From Neocallimastix sp. 'constans' (taxonomy: Eukaryota), in contig JBODTK010000001.1 in NCBI GenBank assembly GCA_050613775.1, forward strand, positions 1,364,001-1,428,000: a DNA stretch of 64,000 nucleotides, written 5' to 3'. The notes beneath the pieces were generated by a model. It was not told where the DNA came from. It was given only the letters and a program-made list of their open reading frames with translations, and did not search any database. Of this stretch, positions 11,401 to 25,026 are shown piece after piece. The position numbers were made by a program, and so were the translations under genes. Numbering within the stretch: position 1 is the first letter of the stretch; every line of letters begins with the position of its first letter.

Positions 11401-13694
11401 AAAACCTATGAATTCTAAAATAAAAGTTATTGCTAATTGGTTACCTCCTTCTAATTTAAAACAGTTACGTTCTTTCTTAGGGGCAATTGGATATTACCGG
11501 AAATTCATTAGCCATTTTGCCCAAATTGCTAAACCTTTATATGATTTAACAAAAAAGAATGTTCCTTTTGTTTGGTCTACCGAATCTAATAATGCATTTG
11601 AATTTTTAAAAATTCGTCTTATTAATGCACCTATATTGTCACCTCCAAATTTTGATAAACCATTTATTGTTCGTTCAGATGCATCTAAATCAGGAATTGG
11701 CGGGGTACTACTTCAGTTAGACGATGACAACATTGAGAAGCCATTATATTATGAAAGTAGGACACTTTCCAATTCTGAAATCAATTATAGCATTACAGAA
11801 CTTGAGGGGCTTGCCGCATTTTACTGTGTCATGAAATTTAAACCTTTTCTCACTGGTAATAGTTTTGAGACAATTCTTTATACCGATCATAAGCCTTTAG
11901 TTTACATATTTAAAAATAAAGAACCTTCTTCAGCAAGGCATGTCAAATGGATAACTGAGTTCAGTATTTTAAAAATTAAAGTGTTATATGAAGAGGGGAG
12001 GAGGAATGTAGTTGCTGATGCACTATCTAGATTACATTCTAACAATGAAAAATATATAATCAAAAATATAAAAAATGATGATAAACATATAAAAAATAAA
12101 AATAAAAGAAATAATATAAAAAATTATAATAAAGATGTATTCAACCAAGTTATAAATAATGAAATTCAAAATTGTGAAATTAAAAATAACGAAGAAATTA
12201 GAAATAAGAAAAATACTAAAATTAATAAAATAAAAGAGTTAGTGGATGAAATTAAGATCAATAGTAATAATGAAAATTACAAAATGGAATATGAGGAAAT
12301 TAAAAATAATGTAAATAACATTAATAAGTTTAATAATAAATTACATAATAATAATAGTGAAAATAATGGAGTGGAAAATAAATTGAATGTGAATTATATG
12401 GTATTTCAAACTGAAGAAAATAATAAACATAGTTTTAATAATAATGATAATAATAATAATAATATTAATCATGTTAATACTAATAATAATGATATTGATG
12501 ATAGTACTGAAATACTAAATGATTTCTATAAAAAAATAATAAACCAGAAATTTGTATTAATTGATGGAGTTCAGTATTATAAAGATAATAATGAATTAAG
12601 AAAAGTAATATTTAATGATAATGAAAAATGGGAACTTATTAGTAAAGCTCATTGTTTAGGACATGAAGGTAACTTTAAAACCTACCATCGTTTGAAAAGG
12701 AACTATTATTGGATAGGAATGAATAAGGATATCAGATTATTTATTAAATCTTGTCATGTATGTCAATTATGTAAACCACAACCACCGAATGTATTTACAG
12801 AAGATTTAGCTACACCCCCAGGTCTACCTTTTACTCGGGTAGGATTGGATTTAGTTGGACCCTTATACGAATCTTTCAGAGGTAATAAATATATAATAGT
12901 ACTTGTAGATTATTTAACAAAATGGGTGGAAGCTGAAGCATTAGCCAAAACAGAATCAGAAGATGTCATTAGATTTTTAAATAATATATTTTCAAGACAC
13001 GGGATTCCAGAGATATTAATTACTGATAATGGCCCGCAATTCATATCTGATAAAACAAAAGCTTTCCTAGATTTAAATGATGTCTATGTACATTATATTA
13101 GTACTTATCATCCTGCTTCTAACGGAGAAGTTGAAAACAGGAATAGAGAAATAGTCAAATATATTAGAATTCTTAAAAGCCAATTTAAAGAATTAAGTAA
13201 ACAAAATCAAGAATGGGATGATATTTTACCTAGTGCACTTTGGGCTTTAAGAACAACAAAAAATGAAGTTACTAAATTTAGTAGTTTCGAATTACTCTAT
13301 GGTAGGAAAGACTTACAACCATTTGAATTAGCAATTAATATTGACAAAAGATTTCCTGAAGAATCAGAAGAAGAATATTTTGTTCGAAAATTTATTAATC
13401 ACCATAATTGGATTTCTGAAGCAATCAAAAATATTGAAACTGCAAATGAATTATGGAAAGATAGGAGAAGACAGATTAAAAGATTAAGAAGTGAATTCAA
13501 ACCAGGAGACCTAGTTTTAGTTAGAAATTTCAATCGAAGGAAACTAGACCCTTATTATATCGGACCATTAAAAATAGTTAAACAGCAATTTAATACTGTC
13601 ACAGTATGTGATCCTTATACGAACGAAATTGCAGAGAGAAACATTCATCTAAAAAATGTAATTCCATATATTAGTAATTTCCTAAATTATAATC

Positions 13695-13699
<5 letters not shown>
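8216..13699 (+). CDS. pol: Gypsy A Pol (PR-RT-RNase H-IN), expressed by -1 frameshift; first ATG at 8345
   Basis: FLDSCAS (PR), MPFGLCNAPATFQ and YIDD (RT), SDAS / TDHKPL / ADALSR (RNase H), H-x3-H...CHVC, DLVGP, TDNG, GEVEN and YIGP (IN). No chromodomain seen. Confidence 0.95.
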
Positions 13700-13736
<37 letters not shown>

Positions 13737-13908
13737 ATGATATATATATAAAAAAAAAAAAAAAAAATTTTGATATATATAAAAAATATAAAAAAAAAAA
13801 AATATAAAAAAAATATTATAAAATATATAATAATATTATTAGTTTAATAAATATTTTAATATGCTTATAGACTTCAAGGGACGAAGTCTAAGCTAAGTGG
13901 GGGCATCT

Positions 13909-14523
13909 TGATGCATGTCCAGTAAAAATAATAGAAAATAATAGAAAAATTATTTAGAAAAATTATTAATATAAATATTTATTAAAAATTAATTTTATAT
14001 AATGAATCTTAAAATATATTATTAATATATTATTAAAGATAATTTATTATTATTAATTATTAAAATATTAAATTAAATAATAATATTAAAAATATTAAAA
14101 GAATTGTTGATAATATAGTAAAATTAGTTATATTAATTATAACGGAGATTGAATGTTTAATTAAATTGATGTTAATATTAAAATAATTTTTAAATAATGT
14201 TAAACAATATGAATTAATAGTTATAAGTAAAAAGTTATGAATATTTATATTTATTAATTAATTTTAGTGTTTCGATAAATAAAATTTATAAAATTAGTAA
14301 AAAATATAATTATGAAAATAATTTATAAATAAATATTTTCTTTTTTTTTAAGGAATAATAATAAAACATGTATTTTTTTTATGATAAAATATAATAAATA
14401 AAATAATAAAAGATAAATAACTAAAAAGTAAATATAATTATTGTAATATAATATTCTTGGAGTAATTCCCTTTTGCACAAACGCCCAACTAACATATACG
14501 GTATTTAATAAAATATCGTATCA
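13909..14523 (+). repeat. Gypsy A 3' LTR, preceded by PPT-like AAGTGGGGG and hairpin TAGACTTC/GAAGTCTA
   Basis: Direct repeat of 5339-5953 at a constant offset of 8570. Confidence 0.97.
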
Positions 14524-14609
14524 TATAATGGTAAAGAATGAATTAATAACCTTTATTTTATTATTAATAATTCTTTACTAAATTGTACTTTCCTATATTC
14601 ATAATTATT

Positions 14610-15338
14610 TTTTTTTTTTTTTTTATTATTTATTTTTATGAAATTTAAGACTTGTTTGTTTTTATTCTGGTCCAAATTCCCAGTTGTCCTTTTTTAAGTA
14701 TTATATTTTAAATAAATTTTAATTTTACACATTATGAGTTATTTTATTATATGATATCAATAAAAATACATAATTTTTAGATGTTTTAAAATGCCATATT
14801 AAAACTCAATTCTAATTTTTAAAAACAAAAAATTCCTAAAATAACATAAACTATACTAGTGCATATCCCCGATATCTCCAACAATTTTGATTTAATGAAC
14901 TTTTATGTGCTATTATTTTTACTTTGCAAAATATAATTATATTTTTTTTTATTGAATTAATATTACTATTTTTCTATCCTTCATAAATAACCATAAAAAA
15001 GTAATTAAGAATAGTTATCATTAGGATGATTTACATATTAAATAATTAATACGATATTATATATATAACTTTAAAATAAAATAAGAATAATTAAGTTATA
15101 TATAATTAGAATGTAAATATATAATATATTAAGAAGGAAATAATAATTCAATTATTTAATTAAATATATTTAATATAATAGTAAATAATATATATGAGTA
15201 ATAATCTAATACATAAATAAGAAATGATTTCAAGAATTATTATTGACAAATAAAATATAAATTTAATATTTAATAATTATTATTAAATATACAAATATGT
15301 TGCTACACATATTTGTTTTATATCAATAATTAATAATT
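14610..15338 (-). mobile_element. Leader, degenerate tRNA-Ala PBS and partial 5' LTR (from 14888) of a gypsy C family copy
   Basis: Near-identical to ~33790-34507. The minus strand reads ...TCA-aaa-TTGTTGGAGATATCGGGG, and the leader motif CAACTGGGAATTTGGACCAG is shared with gypsy A. Confidence 0.8.
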
Positions 15339-15580
15339 TGTTAAGGAGTCATTATAAAATCAGATGTGTACACAACAAAATGTATTATTATTCAATTAAA
15401 TTTATTTATTATTTATTAATTTATATGATTTAATAAAGTATTTAAAAGACTCCAAATATTAATTTCATAAAAAAAATTTTCTTTTTATATTTTACATACA
15501 AATTATTACTTTATCAAATATTATAAATATTTATAATACTTTAATATACAAAAGTTTAAATATTATGTTGAACTTTAACA
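15339..15580 (-). repeat. Copia B 3' LTR
   Basis: Matches 31316-31558 with about a dozen substitutions plus homopolymer indels; adjacent to the PPT. Confidence 0.92.
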
Positions 15581-15630
15581 TTCCCCCTACATTAAGTATT
15601 ATATAAAATATTTTAATTATTATATACAAG

Positions 15631-15664
<34 letters not shown>

Positions 15665-15689
15665 ATTATATACAATTAAAGAAATATTA

Positions 15690-17338
15690 TTCTTTGAAAA
15701 TTAAATTTGTAAATTTTGTCATTTGTACTCCTGAGATACTTTAAGTTAATTGATCAGCTAACATGTTTTCAGTATTAATGTATTCTAATTCAATTTCGTT
15801 TTTCATAATTTCTTCTTGAATAAATTTATATTTTAAGTCTGTATGCTTACATCTTCCTTTAGAATTTGTATCTTGAGCAATTGCAATGCATGCTTTATTA
15901 TCTACCATAATTTTAAATTTTATATCTTGATTAAATATTTCCTTAAATAAATTTTTGAACCATAAAGCTTGTTTAGTACATTCAGTTAAACTAACAAATT
16001 CAGCTTCAGCAGTAGATAAAGTTACGTTTTTCTTGTAACTGAGAATTCCATGAAATAGGGCTTTTTCCAAGTAAAAATATATATCCAACTTGTAGATCTT
16101 CTCGTCTTTTCATCGTTAGCAAAATCTGAATCTGAGTATCCGATAAATTTATTATTTTTATTATAATGTATAGATTTATTTTTTTTTTTGTACCTTTTAA
16201 ATATTGTAAGATGTTCATTAAATTTTAATAATCAGCTTCTGTTGGATTTTCACATATTCTTGAGGCTTCACTTACAGAAAACATTATATCAGGCCTTGAC
16301 TTTACAGCGATATATAGTAACTCACCAAGAAAAGATTTATATATTTTTGGATCTATTAAATTTGAATTATTTATTTCATATTCTGTAATTTTCCTGCGTG
16401 GTGTTTTTATTTTTTTATTTCTTCTTCATAATATATTTTTCTATTATTTTATTAATATAATCTATCTGATTTATTTTATAGCCACATTCTTCCAGCTTGT
16501 TTTAAACCATAAAGAGCTTTTTTTAAGTAGCCAGAATTTATTAGTATTAAACTTTTTTATCACCATAAGGAATCTTTGTATAAATCCTTTCTTCCAAATC
16601 TGCATTTAAGTATGCAGCTTTTTATATCCAATTGTTTTAAATCCCAGTTGAACTTTGATGCAATAGCAACCGTAAGTCTTAGACTGTCTGCTTGAACTGT
16701 TGGGGAGTATGTCTCTATAAAAATCTTCTCCAGCAACTTGCTGGCAACCAAGAGCCACTAATCTTGCCTTTTTTCTTCTTATTATCCTTTTCGGCAAAGA
16801 CCCATTTAGTACCGATTATATTTGCGTCAGCTGGTATGTTTTTTTTTACTACTTTCATCACATTGTTGTCGTACATATTTTTTAATTCGTCATCTATTGC
16901 TTCTTTTCATTCTTCACTTTCTGGTGAATTAATTAGCTTGTTGATACGTTGTTGGGATATTTGTTTTAATATTTAAAATTTTAAATCTTTTATTACTTTC
17001 TGATTGTAATTTTTCTTTTCTGGAAGTTAAATTTTCTTCATCTGAATCATCTGAATTATTGTTATGTGATCTTTTCTTGTTTATATATTTAAGTTTTCTT
17101 TCATTTAAAAAATTCATTATCAGATTCACTATCATATTCATTTTCTTCTATTTTAGTTTCATTATTATTATTAATAATTTTATTATTATTATTATTATTG
17201 TCATTATTATAAATATCTTTGTAATTACCATAATTATTATTATTGTCATTATTATAAATATCGTTGTTATTATCATAATTATTATTATAATCATTATCAT
17301 TATTATAATCATTATCATTATTATAATCATCATCATCT

Positions 17339-17400
<62 letters not shown>

Positions 17401-17431
17401 ATCATTATCATTATTATAATCATCATCATCT

Positions 17432-17496
<65 letters not shown>

Positions 17497-18138
17497 TATA
17501 GGATTATTTAATTGTGAATGAATATTATTATTATCATTAATACTTTCCCCCTCAATTAAAAAATCCTTAAAATTAATAATAGAATCAATATATTTGTCAC
17601 AAAAGAATGTAGTATTTATAGTTCCAGGCATATCTTCCATAAAATAAACCTCTCTTGAAGTAACTATAGAGTTAGTAGAAATATCTAAAATTTTGTAGCC
17701 AAGAGAGTCAGGTGCATATCCTAAAAATATACCAGGTTTAGAGTTATTGTCAAATTTATTCGTTTTGTGGTTATTAAAGGAAAATGCTTTACATCCAAAA
17801 ACTTTAAGGTGAGAAATAATATCAACTGATTTATTGAAAAATAATTCATTTGGAATTTTATTATTAATATTCTGATGTGGATTCAAGTTATAGAGGTAAG
17901 CAGTACAAAGAATAGCGGAATCCCAAAACTTGTAGGGTAACTTAGCAGAGTTTAATAGAGTAGATGCGCAACGATTAAGTGTTTGATTTAAGCGTTCAGC
18001 ACGACCATTTTGTTGTGGGTAACCAGGAACCGAATGAATGAAATTTATGGCAAAATTTTCTAAATAGGTAGTTAAAGTTTTGTTGGTATACTCAGTACCA
18101 TTGTCAGATTTGAAATTTATAATTTTATATGAAGTAGT
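15690..18138 (-). pseudogene. pol: Copia B integrase core and C-terminus, RT (internally deleted) and RNase H, multiply frameshifted
   Basis: KSDNGTEY, PQQNGRAERLN, HLKVFGC, GIFLGY, KARLVALG, ETYSPT, QLDIK, STAEAEF and MLAD motifs spread over several frames. Confidence 0.9.
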
Positions 18139-18875
18139 TGTAAAATGTTCCTTATGGAGCAGATTACAATTACGAAAAAAAACAAAAACAACACTATCAA
18201 TAACAATACTCAAATGAAATTTATTTTTTAAAAAAATTCTTTTATTAATCACTTTATTATAAAAATTCTTTTTATTAGTTATTAACTGCAAAATAGTTAA
18301 TAACAACTACATTTTCTTTAATAGAATAATTTTACATGTATTTATATTTTTTCTTAATTATATTATAATATACTATTTCTATTTATTTAAATATATATTC
18401 AATATAAAATAAACAAAAACTAATCTAAAATTAAATAAAGTTATAAAAAACTAAAACTAATTCAATAAGCTTTTTATTCAATTTGTTTTGACTCAAATTG
18501 AATAAGTTCTTATTTATTATTTATTTATTATTCTTTTATTATTAATACTATTAATTATATATTACTATTTAATTTTTATGATTATTAAACTAAACTAAAA
18601 TTAAACTAAACTAAAATTAAACTAAACTAAAATTATTAATATATTTTATTACTAAATTTTAGGTTATTTAAAAATTAATTTTATATTTTTAAATTTATAT
18701 ATTATATGAAATATAAATTTATTATTAATTTTCATAAATCAATTAATTTCATAAATTAATATATTTTACATAATTTAATGCATTAGCATTATTTTGTAAA
18801 CGTGAATTACATTAAATAATTTAATGTACAAAATAAATTAATTAATGTACTAAAGATATTGATCATATCTTTACA
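18139..18875 (-). repeat. Gypsy B 3' LTR
   Basis: TGTAAAAT...TTTACA direct repeat of 24283-25026. Confidence 0.96.
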
Positions 18876-18885
18876 ATCTCGCCCT

Positions 18886-21800
18886 TTAAGTCGAGCTCCT
18901 GCGAGAATCATTTCTTGAGGGAAGTTCTATAACAAAGGGTTGATATTTATGTCTTACAATGAAATCATTGGCATGATCATCATTCTTAATAGATTCTTGA
19001 TCCTTTGTTCTTGTTTTATTTTTCTTATTTTTTCTAAAGTATTCCTGAATTAATTGTTTATCTAAAATTTGATCTTCATCTATCCAAGAGTCTTCATTTG
19101 ATCCTTTCCAAGAGATAAGAAAACGATTCTTTCCTTTATAAGTTCTCATATTAATTATTTTATCTGGAATCTTATCGGAATTATTTGTAGTTAAATTTAT
19201 ACTCTTTCGTTTATTAACATTTCTATCTTCAAATTCATTCTCATAATAAGGTTCAAGTAAAGAAACATGAAAAATTGGATGACAATGCATATTATTAGGT
19301 AGTTTAAGTTTGTACGCTAAGGGACTAACTTTTTCAATTATTTCAAAAGGACCTATCAATTGATCGGCTAGTTTTCTTTTAACATTCTTAGTAGTAGATC
19401 CTTTAAGTAACCAAACTTTTTTACCGACTTCGAAATTAGGGGAAGGAAGTCTTTTCAAATCGGCGTATTTTTTATAAGTTTTCTTAGCTTCTTCTAAGTT
19501 TCTTTTTAAAAATTCAATATTTTTATTAATATCTAATATTCTTTTTTCAGCTCTACTTGGTCTTTCTGAGGATGGAATCTCAGGACTAAATTTAGGATTA
19601 AAACCATAGTTTGCGAAGAATGGTGATTGATTTATAGATTGATGTAAAGTATTATTGTAAGCGAATTCAGCGAAAGGTAGTAAATCGACCCAATTATTTT
19701 GCCTTTCATTTATGAAACAACGAAGATATTGTTCCAATATTCCGTTCACCCTCTCCGTTTGACCATCAGTCTCCGGATGGTTGGAGGTAGAAAGAGAATG
19801 AGTAATATCAAGAAGTTTACATAAGCGATTCCAAAATTCAGATGTAAATTGCGATCCTCTATCAGAAATAATAGAATCAGGGAAACCATGTAATTTAAAA
19901 ATATTCGAGATAAAAGCATCAGCAGCAATTGAAGCAGTAGGAAGACAACGAAAAGGAATAAAATGAGCCATTTTAGTCAAACGATCAACAACAACCATAA
20001 TTGTAGTCATATCTTTAGACTTAGGTAATTCAACGATAAAATCCATAGAAATATCAGACCAAGCTCTATTAGGAGTGGACAAGGGTGAAAGAAGTCCATA
20101 TGGCTTGTGTCTAGGAATTTTTGATTTACAGCAAACTTCACAAGACTTAATAAACTTTTTAACATCAAGAGAAAAATTAGGCCACCAAAAATTGCGGCTA
20201 AGTAATTCTTGAGTCTTAGAAACACCAAAATGACCAGCAGTAGGAGAGTCATGATGGAGTTCAAGAACTCTCGTTCGAATCGATTTAGGAACATAAATCA
20301 GATTATTAAAGAGTAAAAATCCTTCTTTATCAATCATAAATTTATTAATATTTTGAATTTTAGGGTTTACAGCATTATTAATAGATAAGGATGATTTAAC
20401 AGAATTATAGAATTCATCATTCTCAAGAGCATTCAAAATAGAATTAGCAAAGGTATCATTATTAATAGTAAAACAGTTAATAACACGACAAGAAGAATTA
20501 AATTCAAAATTAAATAAATGATCACTTCTCCTAGATAGTAAATCAGGTTTACCCGATTTTTTCCCAGATCTATAGACAATATTAAAATCAAAACGAGATA
20601 AAAATTCATACCATCTAATTTGACGTTGCGAAAGCATTTCCGGTTTTCTAGGAAATGTTAAATTTTTATGATCAGTGTAAATAGTAAAGGGATGACGAGC
20701 ACCCTCTAAAAAGTGACGCCATTGCTCCAAAGCAACTTTAATAGCGAGAAGTTCCTTATCATAAATGGGGTAGTTTCTTTGAGACTTAGTCAAACTCGAA
20801 GAAATAAAGGCAACTGGATGGAGAATGCCATCAACTTCTTGAGAAAGTACAGCTCCAAATGCAAAGTTACTAGCATCAGTTTCAACGATAAACGGTTTAT
20901 TACTATCAGGATTAATTAAAATTGGAGCAGATGTGAAAAGTTCTTTCAATTTAACAAAAGCATACTGTTGCTCAGGTCCCCAAATAAAAGGTACATTTTT
21001 ACGAGTGAGTTTATGTATTGGTAAAGCTATTTTGGCAAAGTCTTTAATGAAAACTCTATAATAATTACAAAGTCCAATAAATGACTGAACTTCTTTGACA
21101 TTAGTAGGTACAGGCCAATCTAAAATAGCTTTAATTTTTTCAGGATCAGGTTTAAGACCATCTTTAGATATGATGTAGCCCAGGAAGGAGGTTTCCGTTA
21201 CATCGAATTCACATTTTTCTAGTTTAACATATAAATTATTATCTAAAAGTTTTTTCAACACTTTTCTAACATGTTCATGATGTTCTTCTAAGTTATTTGA
21301 ATAAATAAGAATATCGTCGATATATGAGATAACAAAATCATCTAAGTAGTCACTAAGAACATCATTTATAAAATGTTGAAATGTAGCAGGTGCATTCTTT
21401 AACCCAAAAGGCATAACAAGATATTCATAATGTCCATAACGAGTTCTAAAAGCAGTCTTATATTCATCACCTTCTTTTATTCTTACTAAGTTATATGCAG
21501 ATTTAAGATCTAACTTAGTAAAATATTTAGCACCTTTAACTCTGTCAATTAATTCACTTATTAATGGTAAAGGATATGAATTTCTAATAGTCATTTCATT
21601 TAATTTTCTGTAATCAATACATAATCTCAAAGTGCCATCTTTCTTTTTAACAAATAAGACAGGGGCACCAGCTGGTGATTTGGATTTTCTAATAAATCCT
21701 TTTGCTAAGTTTTCTTTAATATACTTTTTCAATTCATCCCTTTCTGCTTCTGTTAAAGGATAAATAGGACCATAGAATAGAATTGAATTATCCTTTAAAT

Positions 21801-23736
21801 TTATTTCACAATCATATTCTCTATGGGGAGGTAATTTATCACAATTCTTTTCATCAAAAACTTCAATATAATCGAGATAACAAGGAGGAATAGAAATTTT
21901 ATTATCACTATCGTTAACAATATTATTATAATCTAAATTCTGAATAATCAGACAGTTACACAAATTGTCTAACACACAATTTTGATAAGAAAAAAAATAG
22001 TTTGTTAGTTCGGCGACCAATTTACTTTCTTTATTTAAAATTTCATTTTTACATGATTTAATAAAATTACATGATTTTTTGATTTTATCTATTGTACTAA
22101 GTTCTCTAAAATTACAAAAGTTAATTTTTTCTTTACTACAATCATTATCTTTAACACTAATATTAATACTATCACTATCACTATCACTATCACTATCACT
22201 ATCACTATCATTAATGGTTCTAACTTTTCTTCCACGGACGTATTCAGCTTCGCTTTCTGATTCGGAATCCCAGAGGGGTTTACACTTATATGGAGTACTT
22301 GGTTCATATGAATTTTCTTCTTCAGGTTCGATATCGATCTTACACTTCTTTGAACCTTTCTTGCTTCTATTTTTGTTTTTTCTTTTTCTTTTACCATTAT
22401 TACAGTTCCTAGCGCAATAACCAGAAGGAAAGGATATTTTTCTTGAATCATGATAATTCATTGGACAATGCTTTTCAATCCAAGGAATACCTAGAATGAT
22501 ATCTACATCAGGAATATAAAGTGCATAGAGTTGAATAACTTCAAAATGGTTCTTGAATCGTAAGATACACTTTTCAGTTTGTTCGTAGATGGTAGAGATA
22601 CCATATCCTAGTCCAGTAACATTGAAAGATCTTTTAACTTCATTCAATTTAATTTTGTTTTTATTAACGAACGAAGGATGAATAAAATTCAAATCCGAGC
22701 CAGAGTCGATAAGAACCCTAACTGGAACTTCTTCAATATCATTTGTTTTTATATAGAAAGTAATTATATTGTTCTTTCTTTTATTCATAGCATTTTCTTC
22801 ATCAGTAATAGCTCTAATTTTTTGAGCATCATCGGATTCCTTGATCATTCTAATTCTTCTTAATTTTGCCAATGGAAGATTTTCATCTGTTTCTCTAATT
22901 TTATTCTTGTGTTTAACTCCAGAAGGTCTTTTTCTGTTAGGACAATTAAACTGTAAGTGTCCTGGTTGTTTACATAAAAAACAAAGACCTTTTTTCTTTT
23001 CTTCAGAAAAGTCTCTTTTATTTTCAACATATAAATTTTGATTATAGTTCTGGTTGTATCTTCTATATCTATCATTTTTGATCCTAAATAAATCAACATC
23101 CATAGGATCATCACGACGACTACTATTTCTCTGGTTGTGGTTACTGTTTTGTTGCGAATTTCTAACTCGTTGCTGATTATAATAGAATTCAACAAGATTA
23201 GTTCGCTTTGACAAATTTTCAATTTGAATTACATCGGTATACAACTTGTTAAGGGAATCTGGATTTGGGTTAACAACAACTAATTGTTCCCTCATTTTGT
23301 AATGTAATCCTTTAAGAAACATATAAATTTTGGCTGATTCGTTGAAGTCCGAATTTTGGCAAGTTGTTTTGAACTGGTTAATATATTCTAACACTTGCCC
23401 ATATTTTTTCTGACGAATGGTATCTAATTTACCATTAGCCACAATTGTCTCCACTTCTGGATCCCCATAATTAATTTTAAGTTCCCTCTTAAAATTATTT
23501 AAATTATCGATCAAGGGATCTTCATTATCCCATAGATTTGAGGCCCAATTTAAAGGATCACCTCTTAAGAATGAGGTTATAAATCTAACCTTTGATCTAT
23601 CGTCTGGAAAGTCATCTGGGGTATCCTCAAAGTTCATATTTACAATTGTGAGGAACCCTTTAAGTTCTTTTCTTTCACCGTTAAAAATCGGTGGCTTACT
23701 GACCTTCCGTTTTTCTTCTCGTCCACGTTCCGCCAT
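18886..23736 (-). CDS. gag-pol: Gag-Pol polyprotein (Gag-CCHC-PR-RT-RH-IN-chromodomain); first ATG at 23736, frame open to 23781
   Basis: [44 protein letters not shown]...GHFG...CEVC, SMDF, SDRG, DGQTER, GPF and IFHVSLL motifs. C-terminal chromo-like PDKII...FLISWKG...DSW. Confidence 0.95.
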   Translation of the reverse strand: MAERGREEKRKVSKPPIFNGERKELKGFLTIVNMNFEDTPDDFPDDRSKVRFITSFLRGDPLNWASNLWDNEDPLIDNLNNFKRELKINYGDPEVETIVANGKLDTIRQKKYGQVLEYINQFKTTCQNSDFNESAKIYMFLKGLHYKMREQLVVVNPNPDSLNKLYTDVIQIENLSKRTNLVEFYYNQQRVRNSQQNSNHNQRNSSRRDDPMDVDLFRIKNDRYRRYNQNYNQNLYVENKRDFSEEKKKGLCFLCKQPGHLQFNCPNRKRPSGVKHKNKIRETDENLPLAKLRRIRMIKESDDAQKIRAITDEENAMNKRKNNIITFYIKTNDIEEVPVRVLIDSGSDLNFIHPSFVNKNKIKLNEVKRSFNVTGLGYGISTIYEQTEKCILRFKNHFEVIQLYALYIPDVDIILGIPWIEKHCPMNYHDSRKISFPSGYCARNCNNGKRKRKNKNRSKKGSKKCKIDIEPEEENSYEPSTPYKCKPLWDSESESEAEYVRGRKVRTINDSDSDSDSDSDSDSINISVKDNDCSKEKINFCNFRELSTIDKIKKSCNFIKSCKNEILNKESKLVAELTNYFFSYQNCVLDNLCNCLIIQNLDYNNIVNDSDNKISIPPCYLDYIEVFDEKNCDKLPPHREYDCEINLKDNSILFYGPIYPLTEAERDELKKYIKENLAKGFIRKSKSPAGAPVLFVKKKDGTLRLCIDYRKLNEMTIRNSYPLPLISELIDRVKGAKYFTKLDLKSAYNLVRIKEGDEYKTAFRTRYGHYEYLVMPFGLKNAPATFQHFINDVLSDYLDDFVISYIDDILIYSNNLEEHHEHVRKVLKKLLDNNLYVKLEKCEFDVTETSFLGYIISKDGLKPDPEKIKAILDWPVPTNVKEVQSFIGLCNYYRVFIKDFAKIALPIHKLTRKNVPFIWGPEQQYAFVKLKELFTSAPILINPDSNKPFIVETDASNFAFGAVLSQEVDGILHPVAFISSSLTKSQRNYPIYDKELLAIKVALEQWRHFLEGARHPFTIYTDHKNLTFPRKPEMLSQRQIRWYEFLSRFDFNIVYRSGKKSGKPDLLSRRSDHLFNFEFNSSCRVINCFTINNDTFANSILNALENDEFYNSVKSSLSINNAVNPKIQNINKFMIDKEGFLLFNNLIYVPKSIRTRVLELHHDSPTAGHFGVSKTQELLSRNFWWPNFSLDVKKFIKSCEVCCKSKIPRHKPYGLLSPLSTPNRAWSDISMDFIVELPKSKDMTTIMVVVDRLTKMAHFIPFRCLPTASIAADAFISNIFKLHGFPDSIISDRGSQFTSEFWNRLCKLLDITHSLSTSNHPETDGQTERVNGILEQYLRCFINERQNNWVDLLPFAEFAYNNTLHQSINQSPFFANYGFNPKFSPEIPSSERPSRAEKRILDINKNIEFLKRNLEEAKKTYKKYADLKRLPSPNFEVGKKVWLLKGSTTKNVKRKLADQLIGPFEIIEKVSPLAYKLKLPNNMHCHPIFHVSLLEPYYENEFEDRNVNKRKSINLTTNNSDKIPDKIINMRTYKGKNRFLISWKGSNEDSWIDEDQILDKQLIQEYFRKNKKNKTRTKDQESIKNDDHANDFIVRHKYQPFVIELPSRNDSRRSST

Positions 23737-24049
23737 ATCTTCAATGTGGAGGTTTCTTAGCCTAATATTAAGTTCTTCCACTTTGAAAAAATAAAATTAA
23801 AAGAATTCTTATATACGATTATTATTTTTATTTAAATTTACTATTATAATATTATGTAAAGTCGACTTGGCTCTAACCGCTTGAAATGGTGCCCGTCGAG
23901 TAAACAAAATTATTATAATAATAATAAGTTTAAATAAAAATAATCTCAAATATTCCAATATAATTAGTAATTACGGCGGCTACTTAATGGGTGCAATTAT
24001 AATTAGTACTTCTTCAAATAGTACTTCTTCTATTATTACTTCTTGTTTC

Positions 24050-24237
24050 TTCTCTTAGTAATTCTTCAAATGGTAGTTTTCTAATAGGTAGTTCTCTAAT
24101 TGGTAATTCTCTAACTGGTAGTTTTCTAACTGGTAGTTCTCTAATTGGTAATTCTCTAATTGGTAGTTCTTTAACTGGTAGTTCTCTAACTGGTAGTTCT
24201 TTAACTGGTAGTTCTTTAACTGGTAGTTCTCTAATCT
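24050..24237. repeat. 15-bp tandem repeat (tggtagttctctaac) in the gypsy B leader
   Basis: About 12 units; they produce the LENYQ repeats of the small ORF. Confidence 0.9.
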
Positions 24238-24271
24238 CGTGATCGTAACGTGCTCCACTTTTTATAACAAG

Positions 24272-24282
24272 GTAGTTGTTAT
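24272..24282 (-). promoter_or_regulatory. Self-priming PBS (ATAACAACTAC)
   Basis: Abuts the 5' LTR, has no TGG tRNA complement, and is a perfect 11-nt complement of LTR positions 24451-24461. Confidence 0.85.
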
Positions 24283-25026
24283 TGTAAAATGTTCCTTATG
24301 GAGCAGATTACAATTACGAAAAAAAAAAAAACAAAAACAACACTATCAATAACAATACTCAAATGAAATTTATTTTTTAAAAAAAAATTCTTTTATTAAT
24401 CACTTTATTATAAAAATTCTTTTTATTAGTTATTAACTGCAAAATAGTTAATAACAACTACATTTTCTTTAATAGAATAATTTTACATGTATTTATATTT
24501 TTTCTTAATTATATTATAATATACTATTTCTATTTATTTAAATATATATTCAATATAAAATAAACAAAAACTAATCTAAAATTAAATAAAGTTATAAAAA
24601 ACTAAAACTAATTCAATAAGCTTTTTATTCAATTTGTTTTGACTCAAATTGAATAAGTTCTTATTTATTATTTATTTATTATTCTTTTATTATTAATACT
24701 ATTAATTATATATTACTATTTAATTTTTATGATTATTAAACTAAACTAAAATTAAACTAAACTAAAATTAAACTAAACTAAAATTATTAATATATTTTAT
24801 TACTAAATTTTAGGTTATTTAAAAATTAATTTTATATTTTTAAATTTATATATTATATGAAATATAAATTTATTATTAATTTTCATAAATCAATTAATTT
24901 CATAAATTAATATATTTTACATAATTTAATGCATTAGCATTATTTTGTAAACGTGAATTACATTAAATAATTTAATGTACAAAATAAATTAATTAATGTA
25001 CTAAAGATATTGATCATATCTTTACA
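24283..25026 (-). repeat. Gypsy B 5' LTR
   Basis: Direct repeat of 18139-18875; minus-strand TATAAA at 24492-24497. Confidence 0.96.

Larger units (their letters stand above)
5339..14523 (+). mobile_element. Full-length Ty3/gypsy LTR retrotransposon A, inserted into copia A
   Basis: Two 615-bp TG...CA LTRs, a 4-bp TSD TATA (5335-5338 and 14524-14527), PBS, PPT, and intact gag and pol. Confidence 0.97.
18139..25026 (-). mobile_element. Full-length chromovirus (Tf1/sushi-like Ty3/gypsy B)
   Basis: LTRs at 18139-18875 and 24283-25026 differ, by eye, only in homopolymer length. 5-bp TSD GTAGT (18134-18138 and 25027-25031); single intact ORF. Confidence 0.97.

Noticed and set aside
17059..17511. 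Poly-Ile/Met ORFs here and at 2637, 7788, 7882, 48969, 53774 and 53859
   Set aside because: Alternate-frame or antisense readings of (AAT)n tracts.
18139..18306. N-terminal part of ORF 17101-18306
   Set aside because: Read-through from the gypsy B LTR; the real integrase continues at 25027-25068 and from 29281.
24055..24258. LENYQ pentapeptide-repeat ORF
   Set aside because: Product of a 15-bp leader tandem repeat with a non-ATG start; no evidence it is a gene, although a uORF cannot be excluded.
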